Positions 1 to 11,754 of a stretch of DNA of 64,000 bases are shown here, piece by piece. Made by a program: the position numbers and the translations under genes. Position 1 is the first letter of the stretch, and every line of letters starts with the position of its first letter. The stretch is from Eledone cirrhosa. Its lineage: Eukaryota. The notes beneath the pieces were generated by a model. It saw only the letters and a program-made list of their open reading frames with translations. It had not been told where the DNA came from and did not search any database. The stretch covers positions 149,358,001 through 149,422,000 of the forward strand of contig OZ024742.1 of assembly GCA_964016885.1 (NCBI GenBank). Direction: 5' to 3'.

Positions 1-17
1 ATATATATATATATATA

Positions 18-320
18 AAGGAGCGAGGCTGAACGGTTATAGCGTTTAATGCCTGGACCATCGTCCTGCTGTGTCCTTGAGCAAGACATTTTATTTCGCG
101 TTGCTCCAGTCAACTCAGCCGGTAAAAAAATGAGTTGAACCTGTAATTTAAGGAGCCAGCTTTGTCACACAATCTGTCACACTGAATCTCCCTGAGAACT
201 ATGTTAAATGTTCGCATGTCTGAGGAATGCTCAGTCACTTATAGGTTAATTTCATGAGCGGGCTGATCCGTTGATTGAATCAACTAGACCACTCGTCGTC
301 GGAAACGATGGAGGTCCAAC
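18..320 (+). mobile_element. SINE family B (tRNA-type, CORE-like central motif), 5'-damaged copy
   Basis: Contains TGTGTCCTTGAGCAAGACATTTTATTTC..GTTGCTCCAGTC.ACTCAGC..AAAAATGAGT. The same body recurs at 22390-22515(-), 23600-23745(+), 25075-25358(-), 25450-25770(+) and 50940-51150(-). Confidence 0.7.
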
Positions 321-673
321 ATGTGTTTGTGTGTATATACATATACATTCATATATACAATACAACACACATACGCACACATGTATATATATATATATAA
401 AATCTTTTCCTGGGTCCTGTATTTTCGTTGCTCTAGTGATGCGGCTGGACTGCCGACCGCTATATCTGATTTGCTAAGCTGTCTGAACGTAATGTTATTA
501 CTCTGGTGTCTTTCCTCATCTGAGTGCTCAAGCTACAGACCGATTATGCATATATGCTAGCTTGGCCGTATTCTAAAGCTTCGTCAATGGTGTACTAAAA
601 TTTATATATACATATATATATAGAATAAGGAAAAGCGAAGTAGTTTCAGATGTTCAAGTCCTTTAATAATAAT

Positions 674-747
674 GCTGTGATATATATTTCAGTGACGACA
701 CTGGCCACACTGTTCTGTGTGCGAGTGTCGTGTCGTCATCAGACAGC
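674..747 (-). ncRNA. Type I hammerhead ribozyme motif, family A (mirror copy)
   Basis: Reverse complement of 959-1032. Confidence 0.65.
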
Positions 748-958
748 TTGTTACATAATAAGGTTGTTTCCGAGGCAATCCAAATTGAATCGACATGGGA
801 ACGTATGAAGCTCGTGCTTTTGGGTTTTTCATCCGTTCCTTTGGGTTTTTCATCCGTTCCCACAAGGGAACGGATGAAAAACCCAAATGCACGAACTTCA
901 TCCGTTCCCATGTCGATTCAATTTGGATTGCCTCGCAAACAACCTTATTATGTAACAA

Positions 959-1032
959 GCTGTCTGATGACGACACGACACTCGCACACAGAACAGTGTG
1001 GCCAGTGTCGTCACTGAAATATATATCACAGC
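959..1032 (+). ncRNA. Type I hammerhead ribozyme motif, family A
   Basis: gctgt-CTGATGA-[long stem II acgacact..agtgtcgt]-GAAAT-atat-ATC-acagc. Stem I gctgt/acagc; base of stem II imperfect. Confidence 0.65.
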
Positions 1033-1157
1033 ATTATTATTAAAGGACTTGAACATCTGAAACTACTTCGCTTTTCCTTATTCGATATTTACTCCGTCAC
1101 TCCTATGTGGAAAAAGTACGTTGAGTGCTTGAATTGAATTGCATCAATATTTACCCT

Positions 1158-1226
<69 letters not shown>

Positions 1227-2580
1227 CCACACACACATATATTTATATATATATATACACACAAATATGTGTGTGTGTATTTTTATGAGAGAGAAAGAGA
1301 GAGAAAGGGAGAAAGAACCGATTTGTTTAAAGCAGACAAATATTGTGTGGTGGGGGTGGAGTAGATAGGAGGTGAAAGTGAGAGAGAAAAGTGAAGAAAA
1401 CGACAAAAAGGAAGAGATGAGAAAAGAAAAAAAGAAGTAGAAAGAAAGCATAGAGAAAAGAATATGTGAGAAGTGTAAAAAGAAAGGGAGACAATTATTA
1501 TTTCTGATTTAGGCACAAGGCCAGCAATTTGAAGGGGGAGGGGAAAGTCGATTAAATCGATCCCAGTGCATTATAGGACTTTATTTTATCGACACCGCAA
1601 GGACGAAAGGCAAAGCTAAACATAGCCGGATTTGAACTCAGAACATGATGGGCCGTAACTCTATGCTGCTAAGCATCTTGTCCGACGCTTTCCCAATTAC
1701 TGTCAATCTACATAATAATTGTTTCTACTTTTGGCACAAGGCCAGCAATTATAATTGCTGGCCTTGTGCCTAAATTCTAAACCATTGTAAATAAACAAAA
1801 ACATAATTAGAGGTTAGAAATATAACGACAAACTATTGTAGGCTTCATCCTTAGTTCACGAATGGTGTAGTAAATGGCAGAGTAATGTGGGCAGTGAATT
1901 GAATGCTTTGTAGTATTCGTTCTCGTTCTCTGAGTTCCAATTCAACCGATGTCCAGTTTACCTTCCTTCATTTCGTGGTCGATAAAAGCACCAGTCCAGT
2001 CAGTACTGGAGTCTATTCTTCTCTATCTCTTTTCACTTCTCGTTTCTCCTTCTTTGGAATAAATGGCTGTGTTCAGATATGGAGAAGAAAGGGCTCCGCC
2101 AGGTTTAACATTCTAAATAACACCGTATGTCACTACAGAACTCCTACGACACCTTCAAGAGTTACGGACACGCACAAGAGTAATGCACTTGAGCTGCATG
2201 TGACCTTTTATGATATTTTGCACGTCATAATTATGTAATAATAATAACTTATTATTAAAAGTTTGTAATATAATCTTTGAACAATCTCGTTTTTTCTCTT
2301 TTTCGTTATCTCAATTTCCATCTCAGTTGGTGATTTTTATGATTTATTACTTAATGTAACATATAGTGTACTCTGTCTATAGTATGGCCTGATATATGAT
2401 GAGCAATAACTCATAAATGGTTGCCCATATCTGTTGTGATGAATAAACAGAGGAACCTAAATTTCTGTCTCATAACTAGTAAAGAACATATTAATATCAA
2501 ATTCAGAAACAAAGTTAGTATCGGTATGAGTTGAACTAAAAATGTAGAAAAAAAATGAAAATATTTAGTGATAGGTATTT

Positions 2581-2780
2581 CAGACCTGCCAACCTCTAAA
2601 AAGACAAACGGGGAGTACCATGAAAAAAAGTGGCGCAAAACGGGGAGAAATGAGGCAAAATGGGGAGATTTTACATAATGAACGCTATACCCATTTTCAC
2701 ATGAGAAGACATCTCTCCGAAAGTGGATGGGAGATCTCTCCGAAAGTGGATGGGAGATCTCCTCGTCAGACGGGGTTTTT
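2581..2780. mobile_element. hAT-like MITE (CAGACCTGCCAAC TIR family), right end damaged
   Basis: Same body as 17047-17205, 23490-23602 and the complete copy at 54948-55129. Internal 22-bp duplication at ~2712-2760. Confidence 0.6.
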
Positions 2781-4138
2781 GATACTGGAAGGATGAAAGG
2801 CAATATCAACCTCAACGGAATTTGATCTCAGACCATAGAGAGACTGAACCAATACTGCAAAATATTTTATCTGAAATTCTAACAATTATCTCAGCTCACT
2901 ATCTTCACCAGATTACTAATAATTCTTTCTAACATTTGTACACGACCAGTAATGTTGACAAGGGGTAAGTCGATTATATCGGTCCCAGCTTTTTATTGGT
3001 ACTTTATTTTATCGACCTTGGAAAGATGAAAGGCAAAGTTGACCTAGATGGGGTTTGAACAATTACCACAAAGCATTTACGTGATGCTCTCACGAATCTA
3101 CCAATCCCTGCCCCTTACCAGCTTACTAATAATTGTTTCTACCATACACATTATTATTATCATCATCATCATCATCATCATCGTTTTACGTCCATTTTTC
3201 CACGATAGCATGGGTTCGACGAGTCGTCCTGTTGTGGGCAATGCAGGTCAGGTGACCATGTCTTGTTCATACAGAACTGATTTTGGCTTGTTTCCTACAG
3301 TTGGATGCCCTTCCTAACACCAACCTCATTTACAGTGTGGACTGGGTGTTTTTTTTTTATCGTGGCGCCTATACGCCTGTACAGTGGGAGGGGTGACATA
3401 CTGTCTATATGCTTCAGCTTCGGGTTGTACCCGTAGGAAGTCGGGTCTTCTGTATTAAGGCCAACAATTTAAGGAGGAGTGGCAAATAGATTATATTGAC
3501 ATCTGTGTTTGACTGGTACTTTATTTTATCGACCCTGAAATGCTGAAAGGCATTGTTTTCTGATAAACATTCTGTTCGACATCCTAACTACTCTGCCAAT
3601 CCACTACCCTTACTAGCGTAGAATGTGTACTGGGTTATTTGAAGAGGGATTTTGACAATCAAACCATGACCATCTCGTCTAGTTTATCACTACTAGTCAA
3701 CCCCGGACTACAATACCCACTGTGTCTCTTTTAAAAACAAATGAAAATATTTATTCATTTTTGACTTGATGGTTAAGAAATTCTGTGTGATTTGAGGGAG
3801 ACCTGTTTGCTATTTTTAGCCGGTGGAGCGACCACATAGAAACTTTGGATTAAATAGTCAGTACCGTTATAAAGTTTGTAAATTTGTGTTTATGTGCTTT
3901 TAAATCATATCCAGTATACTGAATACCATTGGTAGTGTCCCTCCGCCGCCTGCTTCCTATTTTGTCATCATACTATGTAAATACCTTACGTTGCAGACGT
4001 TGTTTTGGTCTGATCAGAATGAGTTGTCCTTATGAAAGCTGTTATGTGTCTAATTTTGTCTTTGATGGGTAAAATATTTTGTTAATAATCTGAGAGAAAA
4101 TCCCAAAGCATCATAGCTTCAATTATTTCTACATACCA

Positions 4139-4323
4139 ACGGTGGTGAATTGGCAGTATCGGTAGAGAGTCGGACGCCATGCTTTCCAGCATAGTTACGT
4201 CCCTTTACAGTCTGAGTTCAAATCCCGCCGAGGTTTACTTTGCCTTTCATCCTTACGGGGTCGATAAAATAAAGTACGAGTAATGCACTGGGTAATTGCT
4301 GGCCTTGTGCCTAAAGTAGAAAC
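4139..4323 (+). mobile_element. SINE family A (tRNA-derived, ~185 bp), full length with TSD
   Basis: A-box-like TGGCAGTATCGGTAG, B-box GAGTTCAAATCCC, body GCCTTTCATCCTTACGGGGTCGATAAAATAAAGTAC, tail GGCCTTGTGCCTAAAGTAGAAACA. Flanked by direct repeat AATTATTTCTACATACCA. Dozens of older copies occur across the window. Confidence 0.85.
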
Positions 4324-4353
4324 AATTATTTCTACATACCAGCAAAATATATA

Positions 4354-4454
4354 CAGGCTGTCCCCCCAAAATGTATACACACTTTAATTATTTGCACAGG
4401 AAATATTTATTAGAATGCTGTTTAAGTGTGTATACATATTTGGGTGACATCCTG
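4354..4454. mobile_element. Tc1/mariner-type MITE (~100 bp)
   Basis: TA-CAGGCTGTCCCCCCAAAATGTATACACACTT ... AAGTGTGTATACATATTTGGGTGACATCCTG-TA. Second copy at 53257-53353. Confidence 0.8.
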
Positions 4455-4749
4455 TATATTGACCCATTGTTTGGACCAGATGTTGTGAACCATGTTTGTT
4501 CCATGTGGCACCATCACACCTTAAAAAGTTTGATTCCCACCGCAATATGATATATACATATATATAATTATTGGTTATATTAATATTAAACTTTACTTCA
4601 GTATTGAGTAGCCATTCTCGTGTCCATCGTCACACGGCCCGCCACACACACACACGCGCACGCGCGCGCGCGCACGCACACACGCACGCACGCACGCTCA
4701 TATTGACCGTACCACACACAATTACATACAAAAAATAAGATAATAAAAT

Positions 4750-5165
4750 CAACGTCAGCTCACCTATCCTGATAAAACCATTTCTCTCTCTTTTTTCCAA
4801 CTTCTTTTTCTGAACTTTGCTCGTTCCTGATGAAAGACTTACACCCAGTACGCTGAAGCATTCCTTTTTATCCCAATAAACGTGAAGCAGTAAGACTTTA
4901 TGTTATTGTACTCCTGAGTTAACCTTGTTTATATTTTTATCCCCCCCCCCACACGCACACACATGTTTTCCGTTATCCTGATCTAACCTTATCTCTTTTT
5001 TTGTTCTAAGATTCCAACCACTTTTTTTCTCCGAAATTTGCTCGCTCCTGACGAAGGGCTAATGTCCGATACGTTGAAACATTCATTTTCTTTTTCCTAC
5101 AGGCGTGAACGTGAAACAATAAGACTTTATATTAATGTACCTTTGTGTTCCTCGCGACTATTTTG
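4750..5165 (+). repeat. Diverged tandem duplication of a PLE pseudo-LTR-like segment with decayed HHR cores
   Basis: Two ~200-bp related units, each with TTTGCTCG.TCCTGA.GAA.G.CT...TACG.TGAA.CATTC. They resemble the motif at 27506-27541 but GAAAC is mutated. Confidence 0.5.
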
Positions 5166-5209
<44 letters not shown>

Positions 5210-5288
5210 CAAATGCATATATATATATATATGCATATATATATATATATGCATTTATTTATTATTAATATAGAAACAATTATTACTA

Positions 5289-5326
<38 letters not shown>

Positions 5327-6786
5327 TGGTGTTAAAAAATATATAAAAGAAAAATATTCCCTCAAATTATTTGGATTATCCACTAATACTCTTCGTTGAA
5401 AATCTTATGTGATTATTAAATTGACTGATATACTGATGATGAGGAATTCTTCTTTGGATTCAACAATGAGTATTAGGCTGTTCAATCAACTGAACGCTCA
5501 ACTCTTGAATTAACATAGTTAGGTATTCCATAAATACGTGTATTTATGGATTCATAACTTCTTGTTGAGTCGTGGGGGCACCGTAGTGAAATATGGCGTG
5601 TCTTAGACATTTAAAACTTGGCAGAACCCGTTCCTCTCTAGGTCTGAACACTGTCGATATTTTCTAGAGAAGGAGAAACAGTGATAAAGAAGGAGAGATA
5701 ATGATAAAAAAGAGAAAAAGAGATTCGACTTCAGTTTTTGACTGGTACTTCTTTTTATTGATCTCGAAAGGCTCAAAGTCAAAGTTGACCTCGACGTGAT
5801 TTAAACTTAGAGCGCAAAGAGCCGGAAAGTATACCGCAAAGCATTCTAACGACGTTCAAACAAGTCTGGCAATTCGCTGCCATATAGACACGTGTTCTCT
5901 CTTAACATAATTCCCAAGCTGAATCAGCGTGATACCGTATATGACAAGGCAAGGCCTTTAAACTACAGACACAATCCATTAAATATAGTTTTCGATTACC
6001 AAATTTCAAACACAAGACTTGGGTCAACTCGTGGCTATGGTAAAGGAACTAAAATGCTGCACGATGGGATCAAAACATGGAGCCTCATAGTTGTGAAATG
6101 AACTTTTTTAACCATTCAGTCATACCTGCGCCCAGATCAACATACTAACAATCAACCAGATAGACTAACATGTCAGAACGACAAATCAGCGGTTAGATCG
6201 GCATGCTCTGATAGCGTAGTAGACCAAGCAAACAAGCTAGTCACCACTTACACCTGCTGAACCACGGAGAACGGAATGTATCTTTGTCGAATTTAATGAT
6301 ATTTCCCACTATCCCAAACAATCTTTCTAGATCATTCTGTACGATATTGTTATGGCAGCTGTGTCACCTCTGTCTCTGTTATTTTTTCCTAAAAATGTTT
6401 GTCATTTTGTGCCTGCCTTATGTAGTACATGAGTGTCTGTGTGTATTGCATGTTATGTTTGTGGTGTGTAGTTAGTTCTATTATTTATTTGAATAGATGT
6501 TTATTTCTGAGTATGTGTATATGTCACACTCACACACCAATACACCAATGCATGTCATTTGTTTTTAAACTTTTCTTGTGTTTGTCTACCCATTTATCTT
6601 CCTCTTCCTCTCTTTACCCATTCCTCTATCTCTCTCTATATCTACAGCAACACATCTCACGCGCATACACACACATGTAAGTACACGGACACATTATTGT
6701 GTATATGTATATGTCTTTATATGTATATATTAATGTAAGGTTTTGAGTAACGGGGACGCTTCTGTATTTGTATTTAATTGTTTCTT

Positions 6787-6897
<111 letters not shown>

Positions 6898-7380
6898 GTG
6901 TGTGTGTGTTTGCGCGCGTGAGCATATGTGAACACTTGCCTGTGTTTCTGACCATGTAAGAAGTGAACTAGCCCAAGGGGCAATAGTTCATGGGTGGGTA
7001 GCTGTAAGTTATATCCGTTGTAGCATTTTGTTATGTCTCCGAGAATTGTACTTAATTTTACCTGCCTTAATTTTATTATGCTGTTGTTGCTTAGCCCCAG
7101 GCCAGCCCTGAACCAACAATAGTATTTTTAGGAATACATAGGAGTCTTTAGGACGTCAAATTAAAACATCCCCATCCCTAGCACCCAACAGAGCCTTTAT
7201 GTATTCGCTCAATTTGTCAGAAGTAGCAGTCAAATCTCTCTAATTGCACACTGTCTACAAAAAAAAGGAAGGGCTGAAGTGCATAATGTAGTTCTACATA
7301 TATCAAACTTTTACTTATATAGTACAGTGTGAACAACCCTTTATCCTTTTCTCTCTGTTTGTTGAATTGCTTAGATAGCC

Positions 7381-7475
<95 letters not shown>

Positions 7476-7478
<3 letters not shown>

Positions 7479-7789
7479 TAAGACAGGGGGGGGGGGGGAG
7501 AAAAAATGGCTTCACTTGTGCTTTCAACAAATTTATTTTCTTCACAAAATCCAAAAAGAATTTTTCTTAAAAAAAATTATTTTATAAATTAAGTTGTTGG
7601 TTGTTGGTAAAAAAGATGAGTATTGACGTACATGTACGTCAATACTCATCTTTTTTACCAACAACCAACAACTTAATTTATAAAATAATTTTTTTTAAGA
7701 AAAATTCTTTTTGGATTTTGTGAAGAAAATAAATTTGTTGAAAGCACAAGTGAAGCCATTTTTTCTTCCCCCCCCCCTGTCTTAATATA
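7476..7789. repeat. Spacerless palindrome, ~155-bp arms
   Basis: Centre GACGTACA|TGTACGTC at 7632/7633. Arms are complementary apart from the G/C homopolymer end. No HHR core seen. Confidence 0.95.
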
Positions 7790-7925
7790 CCTAACTGTAC
7801 CAAGGATTACACACATTTTCCAATATATTTATATATATACATATAACGAAGGAAATGTGGTAAGGAACCAGGTGGACCATAACGCACCAAAGTACTCAAT
7901 ACTTAGGGTAGTAGAGTGGGTAATA

Positions 7926-8035
7926 GGAACAAGTAAGACCCCGACGGCTGAGCTCAAGCCGTTTCGACGGCTAATTCAGTCCAGAATTAGCCGTCGAAAC
8001 GGCTTGAGCTCAGCCGTCGAGGTCTTACTTGTTCC
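7926..8035. repeat. Hairpin (~52-bp arms, 6-nt loop) made of a hammerhead 3' half
   Basis: GAATTAGCCGTC-GAAAC-ggcttgagctcagcc-GTC and its inverse. Related single copy at ~53125-53230. Confidence 0.8.
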
Positions 8036-8063
8036 CATATATATACATATATATATATATATA

Positions 8064-8577
8064 AATGTAAGTATGTATGTATACGTACATACATATATGT
8101 ATACAGACGTACAGTAGCATGTATATATATATATATATATATATGTACGTATCAGTTTAGCGGACATTTATTATAATGTCCGCTTTGTTCGTTTGTAAAC
8201 AACGGACAGCCTGATTATACCGTACGGTGTTAAGGCAACCACGTCACCTTTTTGTTCAACACTGACACAGGAACGATGTACTAGTTTCAAGCTTGTTAGC
8301 TATCGTCAGCACCGTATACTCAGCCGTTAATTTTCATAAGGAAAGTATATACTTTCGAACGTTCAACCATCTGGCAGAAGGGTATACGGTGCTGACGATA
8401 TCTAACAAGCTTGACACTAGTACATCGTTCCTGTGTCAGTGTTGAACAAAAAGGTGACGTGGTTGCCTTAGCACCGTACGGCATAAATCAGGCTGTCCGT
8501 TTGTTTACAAACGAACAAAGCGGACATTATAATAAATGTCCGCTAAACTGATACGTACATATATATATGTGTGCCTG

Positions 8578-8634
<57 letters not shown>

Positions 8635-8745
8635 GCTACTGTACGTCTGTATACATATATGTATGTACGTATACATACATACTTACATTTAAGTAAGTGC
8701 CGTACTAAGAGTGAGAAATGAAATTTCATTTCATTCTATTCCATT
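8064..8745. mobile_element. HHR family B element in inverted (head-to-head) arrangement within (TA)n
   Basis: 8064-8319 is the reverse complement of 8382-8690. Homologous to 15730-16270 and 30525-31720. Confidence 0.85.
8274..8314 (-). ncRNA. Minimal type I hammerhead, family B
   Basis: cggtg-CTGACGA-tagctaacaagctt-GAAAC-ta-GTA-catcg. The partner at 8387-8427(+) has GAAAC mutated to GACAC. Confidence 0.75.
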
Positions 8746-8762
8746 TTATATATATATATATT

Positions 8763-8828
<66 letters not shown>

Positions 8829-8834
8829 TAAATA

Positions 8835-8909
<75 letters not shown>

Positions 8910-8958
8910 ATTTATATATTTATATATTTATATATATATATATATATATTTATATATT

Positions 8959-8989
<31 letters not shown>

Positions 8990-9068
8990 ATATATTTATA
9001 TATAGATATAGATATATTTATATATATATATAAATATATTTATATATATACATACATATATATATATT

Positions 9069-9104
<36 letters not shown>

Positions 9105-9289
9105 TATATATATACATATATATATATATATTTATATATATATATATATATTAGAAAGTGTTTTTTTTTTTACAAAATGAAAAATAACCGAGGTGTCCTA
9201 CACGAGTGAAAGTATAAAGAAAAAAAGATGAAATCGAAAATGTAACTGGAGTCTTATTTAAAAAAAATATATATATATCTATTTGGTTC

Positions 9290-9325
9290 CTTTACCGGTT
9301 TCGCAGCTCTTCTGCTTTTCAGAAG
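9290..9325 (-). ncRNA. Minimal hammerhead motif, family C (CUGAAAA core, probably inactive C3/A8 mismatch)
   Basis: ctt-CTGAAAA-gcag aagag ctgc-GAAAC-cg-GTA-aag, within a ~200-bp segment (9155-9360) flanked by (TA)n. Confidence 0.6.
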
Positions 9326-9357
9326 TAGAGTTGAGATGGAGGGTCTGTGGTTTTTCT

Positions 9358-9388
<31 letters not shown>

Positions 9389-9664
9389 GCAATATATATA
9401 TATATATAAATATATATTATATGTTGATATGTATGTATATATATATATGTATGTATATATATGTATATGTATGTATGTATATATATATATGTATGTATAT
9501 GTATGTATGTATATATATGTACGTATATATGTATATGTATATATATATGTATGTATATATGTATGTATATGTATATATATATATGTATGTATATATATAT
9601 GTATGTATATGTATATATATATGTATGTATATGTATATATATATATATATATATGTATATGTAT

Positions 9665-9702
<38 letters not shown>

Positions 9703-9759
9703 GTATGTATGTATATATATATGTATATATGTATGTATATATATATATATGTATATATG

Positions 9760-9840
<81 letters not shown>

Positions 9841-10048
9841 TTAAGGGTACTATTTATGGTTATGTATGCAATAAAACCTTTGATGGTAATATATTATATA
9901 TACACACAAACCCTAAATAGTGAGAGATAGTCTTTAATTACTATCCTATTACCAGTAAGATAAATAGCTCAATGTAATAACATCAGTTGTTATACAGAGC
10001 AGTTATATAGAGATTACAGTAATCAAAGTTCAGTTTAAGTCATTTATT

Positions 10049-10095
10049 TGCTTACAATTGTTTCCTCCAAACCGAGGTTTGGATTCTTCGGAGCA
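10049..10095 (-). ncRNA. Minimal hammerhead, family D (CCGAAGA, U4C core)
   Basis: tgct-CCGAAGA-atccaaac ctcg gtttggag-GAAAC-aatt-GTA-agca followed by AATAAA. Lies in pseudo-LTR-like 9838-10310; second copy at 27749-27795. Confidence 0.7.
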
Positions 10096-10435
10096 GTTAT
10101 TTATAACATACTTGACCTCCTTTTCAACCCAAGAGACACATAAAACATATGTGCATATTGATCAACAGTGGGGTGACATTCATCAAATGAAATAGCATGG
10201 CAAGTTACATATAAAGTGTTACACGATAAAAATAAAGTGTTACATGATAAAAATAAAATAAAATAAAATAAAATAAAAGCAAGAGTGAAAATAAAGATAA
10301 ACATGAAGCGTTGGCAGTCTATGAAGATAAGGCAAGAGGAAAGCTTAGAGTAGTCAGTGCATGAAGCAATCTCTCTCTATATATATATATGTATGTATAT
10401 ATATATATGTATGTATATATGTATGTATATATATA

Positions 10436-11027
10436 TGGTGCTACTGGTAACATGTATCCCAGTACAAGCTGTCTCATGGTCGGGTTGTTGGCAACTGAAC
10501 TGGCAACCCCACCAAGGTTTCTTGGTGAGGAGGGTGACTTTGGACATCCTGCAGGACTAAAAACAAAACCTGTCAAAGGGCAAAGGTGCTCTTAAGAGTC
10601 AATCCAAAATCACCGGGAGAGATGACCCCTTAGCCTTTGAGAAGGAAAACTCTGATATAGGAGAAGGAAAACTCTGATATAGCAACTGCAACCCTGATGG
10701 TATCCAATGATGTTGACTTGTTCTTCTTTTTGGTAAATATCATCTTGGTTAAGAGAGTGGGACTGGCTTTGTGCAGTGCCTTTGCTCACTATAAAAGCTT
10801 CACGGCACAGCCATTGCTTTATATCTGGAGATCTCTCTGCACTTGTCGTCACATGGTACTATGGGCCCAGCACTATGTGTCAGTAATTGTCACAAGTGCA
10901 GTGTTTGTACCAGAGTTTTCAAGTCGCTGGCTGGACTAAAAAGTCACACTCGTTCAGCGCATCGGTAGGAGTTCTCCTACATGGGTATAAAGTAGTGGCC
11001 GTACTCGAAAACGAGTTGGCAGCCACC

Positions 11028-11028
<1 letters not shown>
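10436..11028 (+). mobile_element. Bipartite non-autonomous RTE-like retroposon (~590 bp)
   Basis: RTE-5'UTR-like motifs (CTGGCAACCCCAC, GGAGAAGGAAAACTCTGAT) are joined to a C2H2-like ORF end ([23 protein letters not shown]) and a short 3'UTR ending in a microsatellite. Other copies at 13309-13588 and 13951-14552. Confidence 0.65.
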
Positions 11029-11061
<33 letters not shown>

Positions 11062-11163
11062 GTATATATATATGTATGTATATATATATATATATGTATA
11101 TATATATGTATGTATATATATATATGTATGTATATATGTATATATATATATATAAATATATAC

Positions 11164-11242
<79 letters not shown>

Positions 11243-11397
11243 GATACACGGGTGTGTATGATTGTGTATAGAAGATTATATTAATAAAAGGAATTCCAAC
11301 TTTGTCTGATTTACTCGTTTTATTTACAATCCTTTAAAATTTATAATGGTATTAGAATGAAATAGTATGATAGAATATTAAATGTTAAGTGTTAATT

Positions 11398-11434
11398 GAA
11401 CAAGTACTTTCATGCTTTCGCAATCTTCAGGTTC
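11398..11434 (-). ncRNA. Minimal hammerhead, family E
   Basis: gaac-CTGAAGA-ttgc gaaa gcat-GAAAG-ta-CTT-gttc. Palindromic stem III AAGTACTT. Confidence 0.65.
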
Positions 11435-11723
11435 ATATTGTGTGGTGACAGTCAAGTTTGTAATTTTCAACTGTAATGAGATGGGTAAATTTTGTGCCTT
11501 ATATACAGTGAAATTGGCTACAGAATGCTAAATCTTTCAAACTGTATTTTGACCAATCGGTGTGTAGTTTCATTGGATTACTAAAGCTGATTGGTTTAGG
11601 CGTCACGGTAGGTTGAGCATGTCAAACGACTACTATTTGACCCTATCCAAAGCATCAATTGTTTTGCTATTTTTAGAAATGATGAAAATAGCATTTTCTA
11701 GTAATCATCACCATCAACATCAC

Positions 11724-11724
<1 letters not shown>

Positions 11725-11754
<30 letters not shown>

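Larger units (their letters stand above)
622..1084. repeat. Long near-perfect inverted repeat (~230-bp arms) carrying two outward-facing hammerhead motifs
   Basis: Arms are reverse complements (mirror ORFs 663-911(-)/795-1043(+)). Centre ~ACAA at 862-865. The left arm has an extra 21-bp TTTGGGTTTTTCATCCGTTCC duplication. Confidence 0.95.

Noticed and set aside
663-1043. Mirror-image ORF pairs
   Set aside because: A consequence of the palindrome.
4139-4230. tRNA gene
   Set aside because: A and B boxes belong to the SINE head; no proper cloverleaf, and a SINE body and TSD follow.
8711-9930. Long YI/YM/CV/TH-rich ORFs here and throughout
   Set aside because: Translations of (TA)n, (TATG)n, (CA)n and (GA)n microsatellites.
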